NCBI GenBank assembly: GCA_964035545.1
Contig: OZ037773.1
Span: 4,865,751-4,929,750 of the forward strand
Reading direction: 5' to 3'
DNA length: 64,000 nucleotides
DNA from: Bugula neritina
Lineage: Eukaryota; Animalia; Bryozoa
The notes beneath the pieces are model-generated. The model saw only the letters and a list, made by a program, of their open reading frames with translations. It was not told the origin of the DNA and searched no databases. The translations under genes and the position numbers were made by a program. Below are positions 11,931 through 24,800 of the stretch, in pieces (position 1 is the stretch's first letter; each line of letters begins with the position of its first letter).

Positions 11931-12573
11931 TAAACGATATCCAAGGGCAACAGGATTATAATTATTACCAGAAGCTCTTTCAATGATTTAATTATTATTT
12001 CTTTTGTAACTAGATAAGTTATAGCAAAATTCATTGACACCAAAATTTTACACGACTACGAAAAATATTTGTTGAACTTGAAAGCCTGTAAACACTAATT
12101 TAGTATCATAATTACAGCTAGACTACACATGCATGCATAGTATGAACTGTAAATATTATAATATACACATAAATATACGAGTAATTCCGAGTCAGCTGTG
12201 GGATTTATATTTTGCCATCATAGCTCATATACGTTTATGAAAAAATATAGTTGCAACTTACATGTAGTCATAGTGATAGTAGTCAGTTTAAAAAGAATAT
12301 ATTCTCATGCAGTCAATTGAGACTTTAGGGCAATTTAGGCTAATTGCCAAATTTTTATATGAAATAAACTAGCTGAAAAACATTTGAACAAAAGTATAAT
12401 TAATATTTTTTGGATAGGGATATAGCAACTGCTGTTTTAATTAGTATCTGCATGTGATATATAGGATGTCATATTCTTATTCGTTAAATGAATTGGGTAA
12501 TATTTTGAACATTAAAATAGTGTGAGCTGTTAGCGGTCTTTACATTTCAAAACAGGGGTCATCCTCTCTCTTA

Positions 12574-12692
12574 TTCGCGAAACCTACAAATATGATAGAG
12601 AGATGTAATTGGAAGATCGATAAATCAAACCCAATTCTGATTGGCGGAACAATTAAAACTAAATAATAATATAAGAAGCACGCTGGCGGGAA
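12574..12692 (+). promoter_or_regulatory. Putative WDHD1 promoter: E2F-like and CCAAT motifs
   Basis: TTCGCGAAA (12574), CCAAT (12631), ATTGGCGGAA (12640), TGGCGGGAA (12684), 180-300 bp upstream of the ATG of a replication gene. Confidence 0.55.
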
Positions 12693-12871
12693 GGCTAATC
12701 TACAATTACGCAGATCTAGTAACTAAACATTATTATTAGTAACCGAGTTGTCTGAGGCACTCTCACTTTGATTCTTTGTTGTCAGTATATGCCTCGTGGT
12801 TATTACCAGTGACTTGTGGTGATCACAAAATATATTCTGTTTCGACTTCTGAGATACAATTTTATATTGCA

Positions 12872-15800
12872 ATGCTAAAAAAGGTTCATTCTTCTGGTGT
12901 CACGTGCATTCAATATGACACAAAGTAAGTTTTGATTTAATTTTATGGGTATTTTAATTTTATATTATTTATCATTAATAAAATTAAATATAATGATATC
13001 TTAACTCAAATATTAAATGATCAATCAAATGTAGTATGGAATTTAATTTTGATAATTCACCTAGTAACTGAAACTTGGAGTATAAGCAAATCCGTTTTAC
13101 TCTAAGTCTAAGTATAACAATTAACATTAACTGTAACACTAACAGCAATTATCAAACTCTCCAGCACTTTGATTCTCATCATAGTGATTATGATAACAAT
13201 AATTAATAAAAACTAAAATTTGAACTTGAAAGTAAATAATTTAAAAACTATGGCCTAAACCTGAGAGTGAGATGTAACTAGGTGGGCGGAGATTATGCGT
13301 AGGTCTGATGTTAAACAGTTATAGTTATACAATCACTACTAATGCAGATTGGAGCAGATTCTGACTTCGGGATCTGATGGAGAAGTTACGGTTTGGGACA
13401 GCCTTGATGATGAAGAACAGACAAAGACTTATAAAATTGGTGGTCAGCCAACATGTCTGGCCCTTAGGGTCAGTTCTCCACACTATATATTCACAGTGGC
13501 TGGAAAACCTTGAAATATTTGTATTTATCTTACAAAGTATACTCAGATGAGGCTCTGTGGTTTTAGGCTATTGCTGGCTGTTTTACAAATTGGAAGCCTT
13601 ACTATTTGCTAAAAGAAGAATCTCACTATTAGCTCTACTGTTTCAACCAAGCATATCAGTATCATGTCTGAGTATTGCCTTTATATTTTGCTTAGAATCT
13701 AATTAGAGTTTTCTCTCACGTAAATGTGTTATCTAGACAATACAAATATGAATATAAACTTGTATTCTGCAGGGGGACATGTTTTATACAATGAATGAAA
13801 CGGGCAAAGCTCTTGTGAGTTACAGCATAGAGGAAGGGCAATATCAGGAGTTGCTTACCCGTTTCACTGCCAGGATAACATGTATAACTAGTAACAGCAC
13901 ACATGTTGCTGCCGGGGCCAGGTTAGATGGCAGCATCTTTTTAGCTTCTATGACCTCTTATAATAAAGTTTAAACTTTTAAAGTGTGAGAACCCTTTAAG
14001 TAATTTTTTAAACTGAAGCTGTTGAATCTTGAGCTATTGAGTTGGATAAACATTCAATGTTTCATTTAGAATTTAATTTCTTAATGGAAATTGTGTTGAC
14101 ATGTCTTTGTAGCAAATAATTTGACTATTCTTTCATTGTAAGTCTATTTTCACCACACTGCGATATTTTATATTTCATGTCTATTATAGCCTAATATTTC
14201 AGTTGGATAACTTTCTTTGTGTTATACTTTTTGATGCATTGGTATAGGGTCTGTCCATTTAGTGCTAATGAAACATCGTAGTGTACAGCTAGGATCATAT
14301 TTATATACCAGTTGATAGAAATATTATATTCATATATGGATGGTACTAAACTACATGCTGAACATCGTTTAATATAAGCAACTTGTTAGTAGCATTAAGT
14401 TCAGTTTTTAATATTTATTCAGTGATTTCAAGATCAGAGTGGTGAGTCCCAGCAACGACATCTGCCTAATATCGGGACACGAGGCGCCAATACTCAACCT
14501 CTCTTTGGCTCCTAAATCCGGCCATCTCCTTTCTGCAAGCTGTGATGGCACAGTTCGACTCTGGATCTGTAAAACAAAGTGTTGCTTGCGAACTTTAAAC
14601 CTCCTTCCTAAAGTTTCCGATATCAGGTACTCGAGCTATTTTTCTAAATAACTATGCAGTGTTAGTACTGTGCTGGGCAGTGAGTGTTTTACACTTTGAC
14701 CACTTTTACTCTGATTGCACCATATTAGTATAAAATAGTGTTCTCTTGTTTGCATGTTTAATATTGACGATTATCTCAATAGAATTGTGTTTCTCTCTCC
14801 CCTTTCTTTGCCTCTCTTCATTCTCTCTCTCTTCCCCTCTCTCTTCTCTCTCCTCTCCCCCTCCCCTTTTCTCTCCGTCTCTTTCCTCTCTCCTTTTATT
14901 CTCTCTCCCCCTCTCTCTCTCACTCTCCCCCTTTCCCCCTTCTCTCCCCTTCCCCCTCTCTCCTCTCCCCCTCTCTCGGTCTCTCTCCCTCCCTTTCCCA
15001 CTCTTTCTCTCCCTCTCTTTCCCTCTCTCTTTCTCTCTTCTCTCTCCTTTCTCATTTCTCCTCTCTCTCCCCCTCTCTCTTTCTCTCTCCTCCTTTCCTC
15101 ATTTCTTTCTGTTTCTTCCTCTTTTCACTTTTTGTCTGTTTCTCTTTGCCTGTTTCCCTCCGTCTGTCTGTCATAACTAATGAAGTAGCATTGTATTCCT
15201 AAGTTAGACACTTTATAAGTGCTCAAAGCTTGTTGGCTAGTTGTTGTTGCAGTTGTAAGCATAATTCTTCTCTTTCACTACCTCATATTTCTTGAGAAAA
15301 TATATAATTTATTTTGAGAAATAAGTTTTATTCAACTGCAATTAGTTATACGTATTGAACATTTCCAATATTTCCTTTAGCCTGAGTTCTAGTTCTTGTG
15401 GGATGAGTTGGCACAGTGAGGGTGTAGAGTTTGCCGTCCCTGTAGATAGATTAATCCATGTATACAGCAGAGATCACGAGGAGCTCCTATACAGTCTCAG
15501 AGATGAAGCTATCTCCTCAGTGAGTAAACAATGTCTTGCAATAGTAACTGTAGTAGGTGTTGGCCATTGTGCTTCAGAGGAGGAGATACTGTAAAATGTT
15601 GGGAAATTAAAGGGTAGTATTTCAGTAAATATTGTAGGAGAACATCTGATTAAATTAATAGCAGCTCAAGTTTCCTCCTTTTTAGCTGATTTTGTAATGT
15701 CTATATCAAAGCCCTTTGCATGAAAGATAGAAGTCTTATTTTTAGCTGACATCTATTACGATAGTTTGAGTGCCTACCATTGCCTCCCCTCTCTCTCACA

Positions 15801-18800
15801 GCTAAGCACCTGCTAAAAAGCTATACTTTGTTTTCCTTAGCCCATAAACCTGTGCAGATACAGTGAGGATGGTCGGGTCATCGCAGCAGCAACCGTTGAT
15901 GGTTTGGTGTTGGTGTGGAGCTGCTCTACTAAGGCTAAGCTTTTCTCCCAGCAGACAGACAGTAAAGCAGCTGTCACTGCTCTGGTTTGGTACAGCAAAG
16001 ACACCATTCTCTATGCTGACAACCAGGTGATGAGCACTTTATATTTCTAAAAGTATTTGTACTTGCATATATATGTGGAACTCTTGCTAATATGTGAAAC
16101 TCTAGCTAAAATGTGAAACTCTGGCTAATATGTGAATATGTAAAAATATGTTTAAAGGAAAAATTTTGGTTTGCTGACAACTTATTGAATTCAATGTTTC
16201 ACGCAGGGCTGTTTTGGTAGCCTCAGTTTCAACTCCGAACCCACAGAAACCAAAATAGAGAAAAATACAGATTCTAAGGTAAGGAAGGACTGCTTCCTTT
16301 TGTACTGATTCTTAAAAAGTCATTTTTGTAGTTAATTTAATTCAAGAACGCAAATACACTGTAACACTGTGCGACACAACCTAATATTATTCTCTGCAAG
16401 TACTTGATGTAAGTGTCACCTGTTCTAACTTGTCTGGTGATGTAAGTTTCTCCTCTCACCTGTTCTAACTTGTCTGGTGATGTAGGTGGTTTCCTCACCT
16501 GCTCTAACTTGCTGTCCTGGGGAATATAAAAGTGGTGTGAAGTAATTGTTCTAGTACCTATCATATTAAGAGTTTACAAATTTATAAAAATTAGGCAATT
16601 ACAGTATAGAGGCACAGATTATAAATAAATTATTAAACGGTCTGGTGTTATACTCATATTGTTTATACGTTTTTATTCCTTAGATTTTTTTTGCTGATGA
16701 ACATATTACAGCATATGTTACTTCAGTTAACCAATCACAGCGACTGTTATTTTAGCTGACCAGTGAGGAAATTGCGGACATGTTTGATGAGAGTGATGAT
16801 GATAATTTCATGGAAATGGAGGCGGCAGAAGATGGGGCGGAGGAATACAAAGATTTGGTGGAGGAACACGAAGACGAGGTGAAACACTCGAAAAAGAAGC
16901 CCACGTCCAATACCATAGAGGATGAAGGAGACGATGATGACCTAGGTAAGTCTCTTGCAGGGTCTGTGAGAATCACAGGGACTGTGAGAATCACGTGTTA
17001 CTAATATATGACATCATTATGTATAGGCAGCACTCTGTATAGGCAACAATGCTGACTCTTATTTTATGTACATTTTACTTGATAGCATATACTGTCATAT
17101 ACTAATTGACTGGCACACTCGGTACGTTTCCATTGCTCCGCATTTTGCGAATGGGTGCTCCTATTTTTGAATTTGTGGTTTCATTCAAACTGAAACAGCT
17201 CTACTAAATGCTGAGCTATTTCGCTTTGAGACTCTGGTATGAAATTGATGAGTTGCTTTTCTCATCTCAAAGGAAGCCATGTACATGATTTTTAAAACAG
17301 TAGATACAGTTACCTGGTAATAAAGGCTCTGATGCTTAATCCTCTTGTATCCCAAGATATGCTCGTTTCAGCCTCTGTGATGAGCGATATGACGGGATCT
17401 ATGGCAACTTCCGTGGCAGATAAAGCACCTGCTGACACTAAGCCTGTTGTGAGAACAGATGTCACTCAAGTGCCTGACACACCGCAGGCAGGTTCTCTTG
17501 TCACAGATGAACAGGAGCCCTTTCAGCCCAGCTCCACACCAGCCAATCACAAGTCAAGATATATGGTCTGTATTTGCATGTGTGTCACTGGTGGATATTC
17601 TATTCGATTGTTCGTAAAACAAGATAGTTCTGTTTTAATAATTTTGCTAGAAGCATTTTTAATATTGCGAAGAATTTTAAAACTATGAAAATAGTGAAAT
17701 TTGTGCCAAAATCTTTTAAGATATATTTTGTTAAAATATTCGTCTGCTTTTGAGAGGTTGAATATTTACAATAGAATTGCTCTTGCCCTCTAAGATGATC
17801 TCGGTTAAACGAATCTGATTGGTTGTAGGTTTGGAATGATGTTGGGATAATCAGGTCTTTCAACGGCGAAGATGAAAGTACGATAGACATCGAGTTCCAT
17901 GATACGTCCCGCCATCACACCATTCACCTCAACAACACGGAAGGTTACTCCATGGGTTCTCTCAGCACCGACTGTGCTCTGCTGGCTACAAGAGATAATG
18001 GGAAGGGGCGCAGGTGAGACCACTCTCTCCTAATTGTTTATAGCCAATAATTTGCGCAATAACTATCAGTGTTCTGTGTGAGCCAGAATATATCAATGTA
18101 AGCTGGTCGAATTTTTACTTCTGAATATTTTTCATTCTCTTGAAATTGTTGGCAATCGTGCGGCCATGTTAGAGGGATTTCCGTTCGTAAGTTTGGAACG
18201 CCATTGCGGCAGCTACCTGCCACACACCATGCGTTACCAGTGAGAGCAGAAATTTACTAGCCAATTATATTTGCGTTTAATTTTACTGCTCGCCTATTGT
18301 TTGCATGTCCACATCTGTTGAGAGCATTATACTGCTGCAAATGTGGGAAAACTAAAATCACTAAGAAAAATGGAAACCTCAAACTCAAAAAGTGAACTTG
18401 CTTGATAGTAATCAGCCAATTAGATCACACCCACATTCTGCACTGGTCATTCATCATTTTCACTGCATGAAGTCCGCTCCAAATGGCTGCTTTCTCCGTT
18501 AGTGCGGATTTCTGACAGCGATGCGTACGGAGGTCCGTCTAATATGGCACCACGTTGAGTAAATTTTCTTGCCAGTTTCTCTGTAAATTGTTGCACACAT
18601 TCTCCCACGCCGTTTGGCATACCAATCTACCTCATCATCTATATCTATACTAACTACACAATCTACCTTATCATCTATATCTATACTAACTACACAATCT
18701 ACCTTGTCATCTATATATCTATACTAACTACACAGTCTACCTCAATATCTATATATATATATATTGATTATACTTCAGCTCGTTGCTCTGCATCTACTTT

Positions 18801-21800
18801 GGTGGTGAAGATAAACAACAGTGGTCTGTCACACTAGACAAACATGACACCATCGAGTGCTTGTGTGTGGGAGGAGACTTTGTAGCCGTAGCTACCAGCA
18901 ATCACATGATCAGAGGCTACACTACGGGAGGGTTTCAACTGGCCCCCTTCCTCATACCAGGAGCTCCAGTGGCTATGTCAGCGTATAAGAATGTACTAAT
19001 GGTGGTCTACCACACTGCTCCAGGTGTGTGTCATTCTTTTGAAATCAAATTTCTTTAAATATTATAATGTTCACTTTATTAGTTGTTCTAAAATAAAGTA
19101 TTAAGCTTTTTTTATATTATACTAATGAAAGTAATAGTTGTGCTATGAATATTGATACTATACTGAAAGAATAATAACAAATAGTTGATAGTTGGTTCTA
19201 TCAGTTGGGCCATGTTTTGTAGAGTATGCAATTAGTATAATAATTAGTGTTATAGTGGATTAATAGTAACCATGGGGTCTCAAATTATAGGGATATTGGC
19301 ATAGTTTACACTGTAGTCCTGATATTCATAACGGCACCTTTGTTCTTTCCAGCTCTAAACGGCTTTCAGCATCTGTCTGTGTCTATACTCACCATGGTTG
19401 GTCATAGAGAGGTACTGACCCACTGCTCTAAACTACCATTGTCCGCTGACAGTACTTTGGAGTGGCTAGGGTGAGTGTTACCAGACTGTGGTTAGGGTGA
19501 GTGTTATCAGATAGTAGTAAGTGTTACCAGGCAGTAGTAGATATTACCAGACAGTAGTAAGTGCTACCAGACAGTAGTAAATGTTACCAGACAGTAGCTA
19601 GGGTGAGTGTTACCAGACTGTGGTTAGGGTGAGTGTTACCAGATAGTAGTAAGTGCTACCAGACAGTAGTAAATGTTACCAGACAGTAGTTAGGGTGAGT
19701 GTTACCAGACAGTAGCTAGGGTGAGTGTTACCAGATAGTAGTAAGTATTATCAGACAGTAGTAAATGTTACCAGACAGTAGTTAGGGTGAGTGTTACCAG
19801 ACTGTGGTTAGGGTGAGTAACTATCTGCATTACATGACTGAGAATAGTAAGTATGTATAAGTAGCTCTACCTACATTGTATGTTTACTTGTGCACAGGTT
19901 CAGCTGTGAGGGAACTCCCTTGATCTACGACTCAAATGGTCTCCTCTCCATGTACAGAATAGATGGCCATGACCTCTGGACTCCTATCATCAACACCAAG
20001 GTACTCTTTCTCCCCCTAAATGTTTGCTCGTTCCAACGGCTTAGTTTGTATAACCAGAATATAAACATGGCCATATGGTAACCTCCGCTATCAATGCGTA
20101 TATAAAACATATCACGGTTGGTACTAACATGAATATGGCGTGGTTTAGCTGCTGGCTATGGAGATCGTGTATTGCGTTTGGGCTTACAATTTTTTTCATT
20201 TGTCACTGGGGTTCCAGTATAATCATACTGATTGTGTGTCGTGTTCAAAATCATAAGAGTTTATTACTTTTACACTTCAAATAAGCTCATGTGGGTTTAT
20301 AGCCACCAGCCATGGTTTCAAGGGTTTTTATAAATCGGCTAAAAACTCATTTTTTATTGGGATGAGGGGCAATTATGAATCAACACTTTTCCTAACATCA
20401 GCAATTGCCATTTACTAAGTCAGTGCTCTAACCTCTAGATGACACTTCTACACTCCTAAACGTTTATAAATACTCTACACACCAAAGTGGATATGAGGTT
20501 ACTCTAAGTCCAGTTCTTTCTTTCACCATTCTACGATGGCACGGTAAAATGGTTAAACACAAAATTTCTTAAAATTTGTTTGGAATCCATAAGTGTCGGT
20601 AAAACTGTAGCACTAGGAAATGAGGTTAAATCCATCCTACAACCACTTTATCGTGTAAAGTATTAATATGTGTGCACATGTGTGGAAATGTTCTGTTTGT
20701 GGACACAACCCCGTCACAAAAAAAGTTGCAGTTTAAATGGCCATTATTTAGTGTTAGACTAGAGTTTATTAAATTTATCCAAGCCACTTCATTTTGTTAT
20801 CATGAATTTCTTTACATTTTTATTTGCACGTATTAATTATAACATTTCTGAATTTTTCATAACAATTAAGCTCTAATACTACAAGCAGCATGATGGTTAA
20901 ACCCAACACATTATAAACCATATGTCAATGACATCTACATATACATGGACTAATGTTTATAGTGGTACTAAAGCTTAGAAGTCAATTGTAGAGTAAGGAC
21001 AAGCACGGCACGTATTTCATAGTGAGTGTAGCTGAGGTTCCTCCACAAATAAGGTGCATATCATGTAAAGGCTCATCATACCCCCCTACCTCAATCAAAC
21101 CTACCATGAAGATCCTAGACTACTGCATACCTCTAACTGGCCTTGACACCGACACTGGTGCTCAAGAGGTGAGACTGCACTTACTCTGTAGCTATGTTTA
21201 TACAAATGTGTGTTATCTGATTTATTTATCATGAATAGTTTTCAATTAATATTTTCGGTTATTTAGTAGTTTTAGTTATTTTGGATTATTTATTTTTATT
21301 TAATTTTTTATTTTTAATCATTCAATATTTTTATTTGTTGAATAAAGAAAATACGGACTACAACTCTCTATGTTATAATCAAAAAGTTTGAGATCTACAG
21401 TACAGATTTCACCCAGCATATAAAGGGGATTGGATATTAAAAAAATAAAAACTGTTTTGTTAATAATTTTTTTTCTACTTCACCATTATTTTCAAGAAGG
21501 CTCTTGTAATGTTTACAAGCTTTATTTCATAGAGCACACAACTCTATATTAGTTTGAACATGAATACGTTTTTATTAATACCAAGAAGCTGTTTAATAAA
21601 CTGGTAGCCTGTGTTCTCTGCTGTTTACACCCTGTCTGTTCTGCAGGAACTGGTGTGGAGACATCGTCTATTATCACAGGCTAGTAACAACTGGCTAACT
21701 GCCAAGTCTCTAGACACTGCAAACTATGACAAGCAGGAGCAGACAAACCTCATGAAGCTTTTCTCTGTAAGTGACTCAGTATTTAAATTTCAAGTAATGC

Positions 21801-24800
21801 TCAAGTTGTAAATATGTGTCTGCTTGGGTTGTGCTTGAAATTATGGTATTTGGCACTACAATTTAACATAATGCTTTAATGTTAAACTCTAAGTAATATC
21901 TGAAATATAAATTTACTTATTCATTTAAATAGATAAAGTAGTAAACACAAAATGTCTTTCATTCATTTGTAATTTTTGCTGTTGCAGGCAGCGTGTAGAG
22001 AGGAGAGGCTAGAGCGAGCCTATCAGATTGCCGGTCTGATGTCGGAGGTTTACATCAAACTCGCTGCACAGTACGCCAACAGGACGCACAACGTTAACTT
22101 AGCGAGGAAACTTCAGCAACTCGCACAGCAGAAGGCGTTGAATGACGGGGAGGAAGAGAGCGTGTTCGGTATTGTTCAGCCGGCTAACGGGTTCTCAGGC
22201 TATGATCGGTGAGTGGTGGATGGAAGGGGAGGGGTTAGGCAGGAAAGCAGGCTGCTTTACTAATGCAATTTTCTATGAATTAGTATCCACACACATTCTA
22301 TGTTATGCAATTAGTCGGTCGTAGTGTCTAGAGTAGGTAAAAAGGTCTTTGAAACATTAAATTTTTCTTTCCACACTCTACACCCCCATAACATCGCTAC
22401 ATGCCCCCTCATCCATTTACACATTCATCTCTACACCCCTGCACTCCCCCCTCTACACTCATGTGCACCCGTCTCTAATCTTCTTTGCACCCCTCTCTAC
22501 ATTCCTTCATACCCCTCTCTACATTCCTACACACTGTACACCCTGCTAAGCCCCCCTGAGGACTATAACCTGGTGAATACTGATAGTGTTGTATTTTGTA
22601 GATCTCACGTGACAAGAGAAGACGATGACTCTGCCGATGAACTGACGAGGTTCACCGCTGCCAGATTCTCCACAACTCCCATCAAGGAGTTGTCCAACTC
22701 TGTGAAAACATCTCATGGTGTGAGTCAGCAGTCTCCTCTGATTGGACGAGAAGATGGCTGTGTGCCCGTCAGCGGCTCTAAGAATGGTTTGTTTTGTTTT
22801 TATCATTGTATGAATTGGTTTAGATGTCGACTGCTTATTTAATTAAAAGCTACCAACACCTTTGAATTTCTTGTGATTTTATGATCACTTGCAATAAGAT
22901 CTATTTAAAAGGGTATAGATTGTTTGCCGTTATTTAATCATTTTGAGTATGAGTATAGCCATATGATCATTCAGTAGTAAACAATGGCTGTTATTTTATC
23001 ATTGCAAGCATAGTAGACATAACCTGCACCAAATAATTCATTAGTAAACAGTAGCTTGGTGGTGAGGGGGTTTTTTTCAATTTTTGAAAGGTTGCCTGTG
23101 ATAGATTGCCTTTAGGATCAAAGAACACTTGTAGTCAATCTTTAAAGCCAGTTTGCACGTTATAAAATAAATATTATTTCTCTAATATTATCTAGGGATT
23201 CTTCTGATATCATTACAATGTCTATCTACAACTGCTAGATGTAGAGTGTAAATATTATTGTGTTGGGAACTCAAACTATTCCAAACTTTAGCCTTTTGTC
23301 TTCTCTCTAAATTTTAATCTGATTACTAAGTTAGTTTCAGACATTTAAAAAACATTATATTGCACCTTAATCTGATAGCATACATAGTTTATTAGCAGTT
23401 GTTCTATCTCAGTCTCGCTTTACTCCTACAGCGCGTCTCACCTTCGCCAACGTTCTCTCGCAGCCCCAGAACTCCTCTGAGGAGTCCCAGCCGAGTCAGG
23501 ACAGTCAGAGTGGCAGAACCAACCCTTTTAAGGTGAGTGCAAAGTCAGTCTCAACTAAAGGAGCCAGTTTATTGGTAGAGCAGTCTTGTATTTGATCATT
23601 TTGGCTGTTATAGCAGCCACTTGCTGTTTAACCTTTCCTTAACACAAGCTCTCAGATTTGCATGTCATCTCTTATATGTCTCCCACAGTCTTTTCTGAAA
23701 ATTTTCCACCCTCTGTTTTTGTTGTGTGGCTTTTTCCGAAGGTAAGAAACCGAGAAGTCCGGTTTTATACCTGATGATGGGGCAGGGGAAAAGGTACAAT
23801 AGAAACAGGGTCTAAAGAATAGTTTCACTTTAGAATATGTTGTAGTATTCTTAAAGAGTAACCAATACGTGTAAATAACTGGTTGTTTTCTTTAGAGAAC
23901 GTCAGACGGTGCCCCGAAACGCTTGTCTATTAATGACCTGCACAAGGCTCTGGACGAGAAGGAGCAGCAGAAGGTGGAGCTGAAGAAGAGCTTGGCGCAG
24001 CAGCAACAGGTCAAGGTTGGTACTCTGTACTGCTGACTTATACATCTTTCTACCTACTGTTGACTTATACATCTCCCTACCTACTGCTGACTTATACATC
24101 TCCCTATCTACTGCTGACTTATACATCTCCCTATCTACTGCTGACTTATACATCTTCCTATCTACTGCTGACTTATACATCTCCCTATCTACTGCTGACT
24201 TATACATCTCCCTATCTACTGCTGACTTATACATCTCCCTACCTACTGCTGACTTATACATCTCTCTATTTAGCTACTGCTAGCCATTACATCTTGTTAC
24301 TATATAGGTAGTGTGTGTTCTTGCAGTTGTCATGGAAACGCTTCTTGGAGTTCTGATTTCTCATTATGTAATACTCTCTCATTTTCAACATTATCAGGAG
24401 CACCTCAAGTCAAACGCTGAGAGAAAATATTATTATATCTAGGCGCTATTGTCACTACATTTGCTTGTTATTGTTAACTGTGCTCCAAACTGTTGAAATA
24501 GTTGTTATCACCCTAGCATTTGCTAAACTCTCTCTCTCAAGTGTCCTTAGTTAGAGAATAAAATACATTCACAAGTCTTCTCCTCCTTGTATCTCAAATA
24601 TTTTATTTGCTATTTGCTAGACTGCCAAGCAATCCAAACTGTTCGAGAAAAATATAAAAAAGAAATCGAAAGCTGAGGAAAAACTTGATGTGGATGAAAA
24701 TTCCCAGCAGTTGCCTGTAAAACCTGTAAAGAAAACTAAAATGTAAGTCCAGTATTTTATAGGTTTCAACTAATGCAGCGGTAGTATTACAACTCACTCT

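Noticed and set aside
14746-15180. Leu/Ser/Pro- and Arg/Glu/Gly-rich ORFs
   Set aside because: Products of the CT-rich low-complexity tract.
19492-19815. TTAGGG telomere-like hexamers
   Set aside because: Isolated hexamers inside 26-bp units, not tandem telomeric repeats.
19466-19819. CRISPR-like appearance of repeat arrays (also 32.7 and 58.4 kb)
   Set aside because: Head-to-tail tandem units without unique spacers, no cas genes, eukaryotic context.
23902-24311. Periodic ORFs (MYKSAVDRE)n and equivalents
   Set aside because: Translation of an intronic 27-bp minisatellite; not spliceable into WDHD1.
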